Below are positions 10,186 to 21,400 of a stretch of 64,000 bases of DNA, piece after piece. A program made the position numbers and the translations under genes. The notes beneath the pieces are model-generated. The model had not been told where the DNA came from. It saw only the letters and a program-made list of their open reading frames with translations, and searched no databases. Source of the stretch: a virus. The stretch lies in IMG/VR virus record IMGVR_UViG_3300033145_001595, positions 38,929-102,928 of that record; one strand, 5' to 3'. Positions within the stretch are counted from its first letter, which is position 1, and each line of letters opens with the position of its first letter.

Positions 10186-10410
10186 ATGCGTAAACACAAC
10201 TCAAGAGAAATTACATTTTATTCAGCGTCTATACGTAATGAAGTAATTCGGATTAGTAATAAGCTTATTTCAGTTGGTTGTAAAATTATTGCTGTTACTT
10301 TTGCAGATGATAGGGGAATGGGACATCCTAATTATACAATTTGGACATTACTGCCCGCATCAAAAGGAAGGGATGAAATTACAGAAGAAATAAGAAATAT
10401 TGAAGAATGA
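10186..10410 (+). CDS. Hypothetical protein
   Basis: AAGGAG RBS. Confidence 0.55.
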   Translation: MRKHNSREITFYSASIRNEVIRISNKLISVGCKIIAVTFADDRGMGHPNYTIWTLLPASKGRDEITEEIRNIEE

Positions 10411-10546
10411 GTTACATTAAACGACAAATAGATAATCGTATGTATGGGGAGTTTAGAAGAAATCAACCCATAATATTTAAGAAAAAGGAACCTGTAAAAA
10501 AAGTAATTAAACAGGTTCCTAAAAAAGAAACTTCTAACTGGTTACT

Positions 10547-11521
10547 TTAGTACTCCCCATATGGTGTCCTACTCATTTTGGCAGAATCCAACCTAGGAAA
10601 GACAAACTTCTGCAAAAATTCCATTGACGAGAACTTAGAAATGGATACCATATGTGCCCTCTCCCCCCGAATACCCGGAGAATTTAATATGTCTTTCCAG
10701 TCCTCAGCCCAATGCCTACCGTATCGTTCTTTCAACCCTGCACACCAAAAATTCTCATAAATACTATCATCAAATAAAATCCTAGACGAATACACCCTAT
10801 TAATTACCTCATGCCACTTAGGCGTGCTATGTGGACCAAATCCCTTTATACCATGAAAATGATGGGCTTTTGTATCAACTAATATAGGCACATCTGCAAA
10901 CCAAGCCTTCATACACATAGTAGCATCGCTGTAAGACCAATAGCCGGGCAAATTGGCCCATCCATTAAGGTAATCATACACTGCCTTCTTCATGGTCATA
11001 CCACACGCATACGAGCCATTACGTCGTTGGTAATGAACAGGATGCTTATTCACTGACATGTACCATCGCCATTTACTTGCAGCAAACGTAAATCCACCTC
11101 CATAGTTCGTTCCTCTGACCGGAAGGTCCGGTAGTGGTGTCCAGGGGTCGGTAAGTCTGTGCTGTGTCAATCCAGGTGTTATGATACTGTCTGGATGCTC
11201 ATTAACGGATGCCTCTAATGATTCAAAGAAGCCGGGAGTTGGCCATACATGGGCATCTATGAAACAAATAGTATCTCCAGTACTAAGTTGTGCTCCCATC
11301 CTTCTACAATTTGAAACTCCCCCACGAGTTTCTTTTAATATAGGAAGGAACGTAGGATAACGATCTGCAAAACCTAAAAGAATTTCTCTTGTTTTGTCTG
11401 TTGAACAATCATCTATAATTATTAACTCGTGTGGGGACTCCGGTAAAACATCACATATAGCCTGCATCGACCGGGGAAGCCATTTTGCTTCATTATAAGT
11501 AGGTATGACAATGCTTAACAT
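10547..11521 (-). CDS. GT-A fold glycosyltransferase with DxH motif
   Basis: SIVIPTYNE, IIIDDCSTD, FIDAH, GYWSYSD. Confidence 0.88.
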   Translation of the reverse strand: MLSIVIPTYNEAKWLPRSMQAICDVLPESPHELIIIDDCSTDKTREILLGFADRYPTFLPILKETRGGVSNCRRMGAQLSTGDTICFIDAHVWPTPGFFESLEASVNEHPDSIITPGLTQHRLTDPWTPLPDLPVRGTNYGGGFTFAASKWRWYMSVNKHPVHYQRRNGSYACGMTMKKAVYDYLNGWANLPGYWSYSDATMCMKAWFADVPILVDTKAHHFHGIKGFGPHSTPKWHEVINRVYSSRILFDDSIYENFWCAGLKERYGRHWAEDWKDILNSPGIRGERAHMVSISKFSSMEFLQKFVFPRLDSAKMSRTPYGEY

Positions 11522-12759
11522 TATTCTTCTCCAGTGTAAAACTTAACAATAGTGTTAACAACATATTTAACTTTTTCACGCGGAATAGTAGGCCACATAG
11601 GCAAAGATAAAATTCTTTCGGACATATGATCTGTAATTGCAAATTCATTTGTAATTTCAGTATTATTATTTCTTGTTTTGTACATAGGCATTGTATGTAA
11701 TGGATTAGGATAGTGAACACCTGTATGCACATCATGTTCTTTCAAGTAACTGACAAGTTTATCTCGCTGTTCAGCTAAAATAACAAAATGATGATAAACT
11801 GAATCATAATTTGTATTTGACAAACTATTATATTTAATATGGTCATTGCCAACAAAACTTATTGGTATACGATGTTTAAGAAAATAATGATAATACCATT
11901 GTGCTACCACTTTTCTTTTTAAGTTATTATATGAAAGTTTAGTTAATTTTCTTATTAATACAGCAGCTTGAAATTCATCAAGTCTACTATTATAACCAAG
12001 TAACGTATGTTCATTTTTTGCAGATTGTCCATGATGTTGTAACTGTTTTATTTTTAAAGCAACAAAATCAGCAAAACTAGAAGATTCCACATTGTTTACT
12101 GTAATTACACCACCATCTCCATAACAACCTAAATTCTTTATTGGCCCACAACTAAAACAACCAATGTCCCCAACACTTCCAAGTTTTTGTATTGGTTTGT
12201 TATTACTATTATTAAAATAACACCCACCATGTGCATGAGAACAATCCTCAATTAAAAACAATTTATGATTGTCCGCTATTTCCCGTAAACACGTAACAGG
12301 TTCAATATGATAAGAAGCATTTGAACTTACCCAAGTATAAATATCAGCAGGGATACCATGCATATGAACAACTAAAATAGCTTTTGTTCTCTTTGTTATT
12401 TTACTAATAACTTCTTCCACATTAGGGCCACACGATACCCTATCCACGTCAACTAAAATAGGTGTGGCTCCAACATGATAGATAGCTTCCAGGTCTGCCG
12501 CGAAAGCATTGTCCTGTAGGATTACCTCATCACCAGAACCTATGCCAAGAGCCAGCATTCCAAGGATAAGCGCATCTGTACCGCTTGCAACACCTACGGC
12601 GTATGTGGAACCTATGTACTCTGCAAATCGTGTCTGAAAGGCTGACAGATACGGACCTTTGAGTAGACGACCAGAATTCATTATATTAGTCAAGTCATTA
12701 CTAATTTCATTTTTAATATAATCATCTTCTACTGATAAATCTAATAAAGGCACATACAT
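11521..12759 (-). CDS. DegT/DnrJ/EryC1/StrS PLP-dependent sugar aminotransferase
   Basis: GVASGTDAL, IEDCSHAHG, catalytic Lys in SCGPIKNLGCYGDGG, GYNSRLDEFQAA, LSLPMWP. Confidence 0.93.
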   Translation of the reverse strand: MYVPLLDLSVEDDYIKNEISNDLTNIMNSGRLLKGPYLSAFQTRFAEYIGSTYAVGVASGTDALILGMLALGIGSGDEVILQDNAFAADLEAIYHVGATPILVDVDRVSCGPNVEEVISKITKRTKAILVVHMHGIPADIYTWVSSNASYHIEPVTCLREIADNHKLFLIEDCSHAHGGCYFNNSNNKPIQKLGSVGDIGCFSCGPIKNLGCYGDGGVITVNNVESSSFADFVALKIKQLQHHGQSAKNEHTLLGYNSRLDEFQAAVLIRKLTKLSYNNLKRKVVAQWYYHYFLKHRIPISFVGNDHIKYNSLSNTNYDSVYHHFVILAEQRDKLVSYLKEHDVHTGVHYPNPLHTMPMYKTRNNNTEITNEFAITDHMSERILSLPMWPTIPREKVKYVVNTIVKFYTGEE

Positions 12760-12777
12760 TTTTACACTCTTTTCTAT

Positions 12778-13833
12778 TTATGAATTTATGTCTGTAACAT
12801 TAAAATTCTTACGTTCTAATGCATCACAAACGAGAAAGGTAGCCGGTGCTGCATCTGATATGGAGCATAGTGGTGTGGCATCATGGCGAACACAATCATA
12901 AAAATTCTCATAAATATCTACTGATTCAACAGTTTCTCCAATACTTAAAATAGGAGCTTCACCTTTACTATGAACCTCAATATAATTTTGTGTAACAGTA
13001 ATAGTTTCTCCACCATAACTACGAATTGTAATAGTGGGAGTTCCATTTTTATCCATAACTGTAGAACCAGAATAAACAAATTCTATTTGTTTTCTTTCAG
13101 AAGATATTTGACAACTTATATTTGCTTTATCATCCATTTCTAAGCCAATACAATTTTTCCTTATTTTGTAAAAATAAGCTCGTATATCATCAAAAGAAAA
13201 ACCACCAGAAAGTTCACATACACCAGCAAGCCATAGTCCTAATTGAATCCAATGAATACCTTGATTCATAGTAGAACCATCAAACAAATCCATACCATTA
13301 AAGGCACGCTTACCAAACCATTGAGAATTATCATAATAAGCATTTTCTCTACGACAGGGTACTATTATTTTTATACTTTCTACTGAATCTTGATTTTCAA
13401 AGATATTTTTTTCAATATAAAGTTTAGCAGCCTGTGCTGTTTTATCTCCCATATGATGATACCCAATACATAATTTACTTCCTTCATGTTTACGCATTAC
13501 TTCTTTTATTTTGCATACTCCTACTATATTAGGAGCTAAAGGTTTTTCACAGAAAACAGCAACACCCCTACTAAGAAAATATTTTACTATTTTTTCATTT
13601 AATGCATAAGGTACTGAAACAAAAACAGCTTCAAGTTTGGGATCACTAGGGAAACTAGCAATTTTTTCATAATCATATACTCGCTTTGGTCCATGTATAT
13701 GTCTTTTAGAAGAATCACATACAGAAATAACATTAAAATTCAATGAGTTCTCAAGAGCATTATAATGTGTATGACCCCTCTTGCCCATTCCTATAACTGC
13801 TACATTAACTGGCTTACCATTACTCGTTCCCAT
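12778..13833 (-). CDS. Gfo/Idh/MocA family NAD-dependent oxidoreductase
   Basis: VIGMGKRG, VFCEKPLA, NQGIH. Confidence 0.88.
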   Translation of the reverse strand: MGTSNGKPVNVAVIGMGKRGHTHYNALENSLNFNVISVCDSSKRHIHGPKRVYDYEKIASFPSDPKLEAVFVSVPYALNEKIVKYFLSRGVAVFCEKPLAPNIVGVCKIKEVMRKHEGSKLCIGYHHMGDKTAQAAKLYIEKNIFENQDSVESIKIIVPCRRENAYYDNSQWFGKRAFNGMDLFDGSTMNQGIHWIQLGLWLAGVCELSGGFSFDDIRAYFYKIRKNCIGLEMDDKANISCQISSERKQIEFVYSGSTVMDKNGTPTITIRSYGGETITVTQNYIEVHSKGEAPILSIGETVESVDIYENFYDCVRHDATPLCSISDAAPATFLVCDALERKNFNVTDINS

Positions 13834-13851
13834 CTGTCTGCCCTCTCTATC

Positions 13852-14631
13852 TTATACTGTAAAGTAAGGGGTAACTACGTTCAAGTACATCTCCCAAAGA
13901 AGTTGCTCTACCTCAATATCTACTTTTGTACTATCCCATTGCACTATACCAATTCCAGTTGCCCACGGTCTAAGCTTCCTATCCCATTCATCTATACCTA
14001 TAGTTTTATAAATAATGCCTTGCTTATCAAAAACATTTGTTAACCTACCCCAAGCACGTTTAACAAGCTTCGTTCTACCTACATCGTGAAAGCCAATGAC
14101 ACCACCATCCACAACATATTTACGAAATGCTAAATAATCATGTACAACATGATTAGTTTTATGACACCCATCAATATAAAGAAATTGACACATTCCAAAT
14201 TTAGTTGCTATTATTTGCGCTCGGGGATCAACTGAATTACCAACAAATTGTTCTACATAAATTCCAGATGTCCTCATATAATCTAAAGCTCTATACAAAG
14301 GAGCAGTAGCATGTTTTCTATCACATAAATCTATTGATAAAAAACTACAAGTACGTGTAGGATCAAATAAACTATTAAATGCTAATCCGGTTCCACCACA
14401 GTAAGAACCAATTTCAATAATTTTACAAACCTTATGACCTAAATTTGTTTCAATAATTTCATTTACCATTTGGCATAAACGCACTAATTGACTAGTATCA
14501 TGTCTAATTTCACATTCAAGCTCATCTGCTTTATTTACCATGTCCATAACACGATGTGCTATATCCAAAGAACCATAATCTTTTCTGTTTAATTCACCCC
14601 GTAAATCAAGTGACTCTTTTTGAGTAACCAT
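13852..14631 (-). CDS. Class I SAM methyltransferase (Methyltransf_24-like)
   Basis: IEIGSYCGGT, FLYIDGCH, GGVIGFHD. Confidence 0.85.
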   Translation of the reverse strand: MVTQKESLDLRGELNRKDYGSLDIAHRVMDMVNKADELECEIRHDTSQLVRLCQMVNEIIETNLGHKVCKIIEIGSYCGGTGLAFNSLFDPTRTCSFLSIDLCDRKHATAPLYRALDYMRTSGIYVEQFVGNSVDPRAQIIATKFGMCQFLYIDGCHKTNHVVHDYLAFRKYVVDGGVIGFHDVGRTKLVKRAWGRLTNVFDKQGIIYKTIGIDEWDRKLRPWATGIGIVQWDSTKVDIEVEQLLWEMYLNVVTPYFTV

Positions 14632-15570
14632 TTAACATTCCTTTCCTATTTTTTCAAAATACATTCCAACACGTCCTGTTGAAAGTCGCCTTGTAAACCT
14701 ACCAAACTCTTTATCACGATCTTCTAATTTACTAATAAATTCTAATAATTTCATATAAACTACTTCTAATCTATCCATTGTAAAATCAACATAATTATCT
14801 TCAAGGTACGGTATCAAAGGATACCCATTACCAAAATCTACATTCTTTTCTTTCCAAAGTCGTCCAGCTTTTGCATCAGCTTTACCAGACCGACACAAGT
14901 GTTTTAATCCATCGTAAATTCTATATACATAAGTATATGCATCAAATGGTGGATTTGGATGATGAATAATTTTATTTCTTTTATGGTAATCCATAATAAG
15001 CGGTAATTCAATACTTCTATTACCTACTTTGTAAGGAACACTAGTACCCGCTCTAAAAATCATTTGACCATCATACCTACCAGTGCGTATATCAAGTGGT
15101 TTCCATTTTGGTGATGGAACATACTTTGGATCACGCATCCTCCAAGCAGCTTCATATTTAACACATTCCATATCTTCATTATCAAGTAATTTTCCAACTC
15201 CATATTCAAGATGCCACGGAAGATAAATATCATCATCTTCCCAATGTGCAATAAAGTCTGTTTCAGCATTATCTAACAATGATTGTTTTTTATTACTAAG
15301 TTGTTCGTACTCATCACTATTAACTATTCGTATAGCCTTTTTAGTAGCAACATATTCATATTCGTACTGTGGCTCTCCTACATCATCAGTATAAAGCACA
15401 AGCGGCGTAGGTGCATCATTACCAATGACCAGTGTAGACATTCCGGGATAGCCCTGAGACAAAAACGATGCTATAGCATCTCGTACTTTATCATGTCTAC
15501 CATATGTAGGACAGATACAAGTAACATGAGGCCAGTAGTAATGCTCAAAAAGTCTTTTTTTCAATGGCAT
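14632..15570 (-). CDS. GT2-like glycosyltransferase
   Basis: CICPTYGR, GNDA, HWEDDDIYLPWH. Confidence 0.82.
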   Translation of the reverse strand: MPLKKRLFEHYYWPHVTCICPTYGRHDKVRDAIASFLSQGYPGMSTLVIGNDAPTPLVLYTDDVGEPQYEYEYVATKKAIRIVNSDEYEQLSNKKQSLLDNAETDFIAHWEDDDIYLPWHLEYGVGKLLDNEDMECVKYEAAWRMRDPKYVPSPKWKPLDIRTGRYDGQMIFRAGTSVPYKVGNRSIELPLIMDYHKRNKIIHHPNPPFDAYTYVYRIYDGLKHLCRSGKADAKAGRLWKEKNVDFGNGYPLIPYLEDNYVDFTMDRLEVVYMKLLEFISKLEDRDKEFGRFTRRLSTGRVGMYFEKIGKEC

Positions 15571-15579
15571 ATTATTGTA

Positions 15580-16470
15580 TTACCACTTTTCCAATCCAAG
15601 AGAAAGTTGAATTTTTGTATTTACCCTTGCTGCTACTTCTTCTGGAAGTCTAGCAACATCATATAAAGATTTACCAAACCGTTCAAACATAGGTCGCAAA
15701 TGATAAATTGCCCAATCCTTAAGCATAGAACTTGTCATTACTGGCACTAGATAATTATTCCCAAAATCCTTATTCTTTGCAGAATATAATCTTTGTATTC
15801 GTAAATTAGGAGCATTACTACCAATTTTATGTAAATGTCTTACATCATCATGTCGTCTGTATATGTAACTATACATTTCTTTTGTTACACTACCGGATGG
15901 TGCTAATAACGTTCCTTTTTCCTTGAAAGCATGAGCAACCATTCTTGGTACACGTCGTTCTAAATTTGAATCATATTCTATTTGAGTACCATTAATATAA
16001 ATCATTTGCCCATCAAATCTCTGTCTGTAAAGAGACTCAGCCTTTTCCTCTCCAGGCTTACCACCACAGAACCATGCTACTCGTGGCTTAACACATTCAC
16101 TACCCTCAGTATTAGCATAATGTTCTAAGTAAGGAATCCAAGTACTAAAATGCCAAGGAAGAAATAAATCATCATCATCCCAATGCGCCAATAAATCAGT
16201 ATCAGAAATATCTACTAATTCCTGTCTTTTAGCTCCCAATGTTTTACAACGTTCACCGCGATTGAAAATATTTATTCTTGACCCATCTGACAATTGTATC
16301 GTATTCTCATTACCATAAGAAAGTTTAATTGGAACTTCAGCATCATTAATAATATTCATTTCTTTATGGCCTTCATACTCTTGCAGTATGAAGCAAGCAG
16401 CAGAATCCCGTAGCCGGTGAAACCTACCATACGTCGGGCACATAGCTGTTACTGAATGTAACTTGCTCAT
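15580..16470 (-). CDS. GT2-like glycosyltransferase, paralogue of 14632-15570
   Basis: AMCPTYGR, INDA, HWDDDDLFLPWH. Shares R(F/Y)DGQMI and KNxDFGN with its neighbour. Confidence 0.82.
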   Translation of the reverse strand: MSKLHSVTAMCPTYGRFHRLRDSAACFILQEYEGHKEMNIINDAEVPIKLSYGNENTIQLSDGSRINIFNRGERCKTLGAKRQELVDISDTDLLAHWDDDDLFLPWHFSTWIPYLEHYANTEGSECVKPRVAWFCGGKPGEEKAESLYRQRFDGQMIYINGTQIEYDSNLERRVPRMVAHAFKEKGTLLAPSGSVTKEMYSYIYRRHDDVRHLHKIGSNAPNLRIQRLYSAKNKDFGNNYLVPVMTSSMLKDWAIYHLRPMFERFGKSLYDVARLPEEVAARVNTKIQLSLGLEKW

Positions 16471-17105
16471 GCTGTAAATCCCTTTCTTCTACGGGTAATA
16501 ATTTTTTTTGCAACAAGAACATCATATTCCTTATGCTGTACAAAATGAAAAATCTGTGTTGCCCAACCATTTTTTGATAAAAAGTAATCTATAATTGTTT
16601 GTATGTTATACTGATTCCATAATATACATTTCTTATTCGGGTGGGAAACGCCTACACGCTCACCCTCCTCATAGTTAATACCATTGAAAAAAGAAGCTAT
16701 AATGATTTTAGGATTTATTGCTATTGCCCAATCAAAAAATTCATCAATACTATTCAAATGCTCAACTACAGCAAAAGCACAAACTAAATCTATATTACGA
16801 TTACCTGACATACGGAAAGAACTAATATTTCTAAAATCATTATGAATGAATCTACTATTACAATGAGGCCAAAGTTGATCGCATGTACTTTCTGATTTAC
16901 AAACATCTATGTTTGTATAAGTTCCACCAGTAGGTAACATTTTAGGAATAGGACTATAATTACCACCTACTTCAATTACACGAGAAACATTATTATTACT
17001 AATAACTTCTTTTACAAACTTCCAAGCATCCTTATGCCTTCTAATCATACGAACATATTTTTTACTATCACGGCTCTGCCAATAATCAATTTCTGCTTTT
17101 TCCAT
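16467..17105 (-). CDS. Putative class I SAM methyltransferase
   Basis: VIEVGG, YTNID, DLVCAFAVVEHL. Confidence 0.7.
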   Translation of the reverse strand: MEKAEIDYWQSRDSKKYVRMIRRHKDAWKFVKEVISNNNVSRVIEVGGNYSPIPKMLPTGGTYTNIDVCKSESTCDQLWPHCNSRFIHNDFRNISSFRMSGNRNIDLVCAFAVVEHLNSIDEFFDWAIAINPKIIIASFFNGINYEEGERVGVSHPNKKCILWNQYNIQTIIDYFLSKNGWATQIFHFVQHKEYDVLVAKKIITRRRKGFTA

Positions 17106-17117
17106 GTTGCCCCTTTT

Positions 17118-18491
17118 CTACTTTTCAGCAATAACGGCAAAATCTTTTCCAAGCATGTAACTTTTAACTACATTAAAATTTGCTTTTTCAAAAAGATTCA
17201 AAACATCAGAACAGCATTGCATTGTATGGCAATGATCCCCCTTAAAGCTAATGCCACCCTTAAACTCAATAGGCACAACAATCATAGCGTACCCACCAGA
17301 TTTCAAGACTCGTTTTACCTCTGAGAGCACTTGAACGGGATCATGACAATGCTCAAGATTATGAAATTCAGTAACAGCCCGAAATGTATTATCTTCATAC
17401 CTACTAAGATCATGTGCATCACCCTGTTCAACTGGACGCCCATTATCATAAGCCCACTTAGCAGACCAAGGAGACAACTCAATACCATGAATAGTATTAT
17501 ATTCAAATCCACATTCCATTAAATAATTTAATACATATCCATCCCTAGAACCTATGTCCAATAAAGGAAGATCTTCCCTTTCCAAATAACCTTCCTCGTC
17601 CAAAAACTCTAAGAAACTATTAACATCACGCCTTTGTCTCTTCTTATCAGGATACCAGTCCCTACCCGGCGAACGCTTTGCTTGGTATGCTACATAAGCA
17701 GCTTGTCCACTTGGCTTTGCTAAACCTAAATCAGTATCCAAAGTTAATGCTACTTCGGGCTCTTTCCAAATAGCCTTTCGGAAAAAAATTTCTTCTTGAA
17801 CTACTCTATGTTCTTTCATCCAACTTTTTTCCGAATCCACCTTAACCTGCATTTTTATTAGTTTCAAATTTTCTTCTTGATTACTGGAAAGGCAAAGAAA
17901 TAATTCTTTTTCTTTCACTTCCCCATCAATTCCAATAACTGTACGCATAAATTCTTCTTTGAACAAGGCTTCAAAAGTCATATCTTCAAAATAAGCTGTA
18001 TGAATAAAATAATCATTATGTATTGATCTATAATAAATTGTAGAACGTGCTTCATTAATAAATATGTCAGAAACACTATACACTTTAACACCACTAAAAT
18101 AAGCTTTAAGTCCAATTGCTATACAATCACCATCATACTCAGATTCAGGTAATTGACATGGAGCAAGTTTTTCAACAACATTTTTATTCATAAAAATCAA
18201 TGGTCCAAACGGTGCTTGTACTCGTAAAAACCTGTAAGGCTTACCTTTCCGAGTAGGAAGTGGTTCTTCGGTAAATTCAGTATGAATTAATGTACTTAAA
18301 CTCCAATTAGCATTATTTACTATAGTCTTTGATTCATCATTTGCTAAACGTATAATAGTAGGTACTAAAACATGATCCTGTTCTTTAGCAACAACTATCA
18401 TGGCACTAATAGTATCTAAATCATAAGTACCATTATCAAGATTTTTAACATCACCAGCAATAGCACCCCAATCATAAAATCTAATACCCAT
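17118..18491 (-). CDS. Degenerate GT-like N-terminal region fused to a class I methyltransferase
   Basis: C-terminal LLDIGSRDG, GIELS, QGDAHDL, HNLEH, RVLKSGG. N-terminal IAIGLKAYFSGV resembles the C-terminal part of neighbouring GTs. Confidence 0.75.
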   Translation of the reverse strand: MGIRFYDWGAIAGDVKNLDNGTYDLDTISAMIVVAKEQDHVLVPTIIRLANDESKTIVNNANWSLSTLIHTEFTEEPLPTRKGKPYRFLRVQAPFGPLIFMNKNVVEKLAPCQLPESEYDGDCIAIGLKAYFSGVKVYSVSDIFINEARSTIYYRSIHNDYFIHTAYFEDMTFEALFKEEFMRTVIGIDGEVKEKELFLCLSSNQEENLKLIKMQVKVDSEKSWMKEHRVVQEEIFFRKAIWKEPEVALTLDTDLGLAKPSGQAAYVAYQAKRSPGRDWYPDKKRQRRDVNSFLEFLDEEGYLEREDLPLLDIGSRDGYVLNYLMECGFEYNTIHGIELSPWSAKWAYDNGRPVEQGDAHDLSRYEDNTFRAVTEFHNLEHCHDPVQVLSEVKRVLKSGGYAMIVVPIEFKGGISFKGDHCHTMQCCSDVLNLFEKANFNVVKSYMLGKDFAVIAEK

Positions 18492-18493
18492 TT

Positions 18494-21400
18494 TTATTTA
18501 CCTTTCGAATCATAATTAATACTCAAAAATTCCATAAAATCCTCTGCATGTGTTCCCCCACCTGCTTTTCCAAGCATAGCAAAGAAATCTCCATCTGTCT
18601 TTCCATAGGCCTCTTTAAGTTTTGTCCAAATAGCACGCGCTTTCTGAACCTCTTCAGACTTCAAAAAAGTATCTATCCTATCATCATAACCATGCTCAAG
18701 AAGATATGGCTTAAAATACTCATAAGCTACATCACCAAAGAACAAATAATGAATAAGATGAGCATTCATTAATGTACCCACATGAGGAACGTCCATAGTA
18801 CCCTTTTTGTACATATGCTCAAAAGTAATATCTCTAGACGCATACATAGGTACTCCTATAATCCAAGCAGCTAAACCTATGTACTGTTCATTGTACGCCC
18901 ACAGTCCAGGTAAGGTAGGCCAGCCCCCAAGTCGATTTAACACCTTTTTGCTCATAACGTAACCAGCCCCAATAATAGCATCACGTCGAATAAAAGGAGT
19001 ATCCGGCTTAGTGGTGATATGAGAATTAAGAATACCCCATTTGGGTTTAAGAGAGAATCGCGCTCCATACGTACGAGCTTCTGACTTCTTAGCATTACCA
19101 AGATTACAAACATTTACTACCACAATACCGTCTTTCTCCTGAGCATGTGCTGCCGCCCATTCAATACCATATTGTGTAATAACCCTCTGGTGACAATCCA
19201 TAACACAGATCATTTCACCACGAGCAACAGAAATAGCCTCTGCCCTACTCCTAGAAACACCAATACGCTCAGTATGCCTAATTATACGAATCCTATCCTG
19301 TATATCTGCCCTCCAATGTCCGGCAAGCTTTGGACGAATATTGTCTGCAATATTATCCGGGATGCTTCCATCGGTAGAGGCATCATCAACAAGAATAATT
19401 TCAAACCTAGTTTGTCCACTATTGATAATGGATCGTAATGTTAATTCGACTTCTTTACCCTCATTATAGGCAGTAAGAATAACAGAAATCGGTAGTACCT
19501 TTTTAATAGACTGATTATGCTCTCCACAGGTTTCAGTAGGTACTCGCAGAACATCACGGAAGAATTCAGCATCAGAATGAATTCTACCTTTCTGCCAATG
19601 GCCCGTCTCGTAAAGTTTACCTGCCTTCATAGCTTCTAAAGTACTGCGGTGTTCGGGACTTATTTGATTTATGTAATGAGGTTCCCAAACATTTTCATAT
19701 GTTTCCCGATCAAACAAAGCAAGATGGGAAGCAAGATGGTTTAGATTCAAGTCACTTGTTGGAGGATAACCCCAAGGCGGCTCTTTACTACCCTTTGCAG
19801 CTTCAGACCTATAAAGATGCCGCACAGTGTACTTGGGGAAACAATAGCATTCAACTCCATGTAACCATGCCCACGAATTCAATGCCGATTCTTCATAACC
19901 CCATTTGCCATTGATAGACGGCCAACGTGTAAGATCATCAAAAATCTCACGAGGCACAAAATAACAAGCTCCTAAAACACCCGTTGTTAATTCTGGATCA
20001 GTACCTTTAGTTCTATAATAAGAACATCCAATTTTACCATCCCTATGATAATTAAGTTTTGCCCCCCAACCTTGAGGACCACCAAACATTGCAGCTACTC
20101 CGGGACAGGCGATAGCGTGCTTTTCTAAGACGAACCCACCTATCTCATGCCACATTCCCTTTGGATAGCGCATATGAGCATCTGAGCTAACTACTACCCG
20201 ACCACGCGCGGCTGCAAAGCCAATGTTTCTTGCCATGCCAGCACCAACAGATTTTTTCAATGTGATTACTATAACATAGGCATTATTAGTATTATACTTG
20301 TTCAAACCCTCACATGACCCATCTGTAGACGCATCATCCACTACGATTACCTCCAACGGGCCTGTAGTGGCCGCTATGGCACTTTCAACAGTCTTAGCAA
20401 CCTCTTCCCCCTCATTCATAGAAGCATACACCACAGACACCATAAAATCAGATTTCATAGTAGTAAATGACTCATCTGTATGTGGCGGGGGTGCTACACC
20501 GGGGAGCACGCCGAAGGGATGGGTTTTCCTATCCTTAACACGTTCTTCTGCGGTTGGAAGGGGTCCAACTTTTTCCACTGTATTTGTTTTTACTATTTCC
20601 TTTTTTGGAGTTAGTCGCATGTTTACTGGTTGCTCCTGTTCTATACCATTATTAAGTAATCGAGTTACCTCAGAAAATACTATTCTACTTATTTGACAAA
20701 AATCTTCATACGGTGTAATAGTCGTAATTTTTTTACCCGTTGTTGGGTCTGTGCTAATAACAATTCTATTACCACACATAAGATCAACAAAACATGGACA
20801 ATTACATGTTGGGGCACATTCACAATCTTGACATTGAGCATTAGTAGGGAAAGGTGTAATTTTATCATAAATAGTAGTAGCTGGATTATTTAGTTCTGCT
20901 ACATTAACACCATTTTTTAAGTCACCAATTTTATAAAAGTTTCTTCCATCTATAGCTGCTTTATAGCACCCAAAAATATCACCAGATGCATTTACGGCAC
21001 ACCTACTACTTGCTACACCACAACTACCACAATTATTACCCTTTTTACATATCTCTGCACCCTTATATGTAAATGTGTACGATCCATTCAGAAAACTAAG
21101 GCGCTTGCCCTTTAATGAACTACTATTAAGAAAAGAATCAGCACACTCACGTATTTGCAAATCTAACGTAGAATAAAACTCAGACGGCCATTCTGGCTCA
21201 ATACATATGAATTCCACTTCTACCAAATCTGTAAAACTAAGTAAATGCAAAGCACTTTTTGCCATATCAACAATAGTAGCTTGGGTAACAACCATCTTAA
21301 TAGTAGGATGCAACCCAAGCAAACGCATATCTTTCAATGCAGAATGTGCAACACCAAACTTTACACCATTCTTATGCACTGAATTTATTGATTCATCCCC

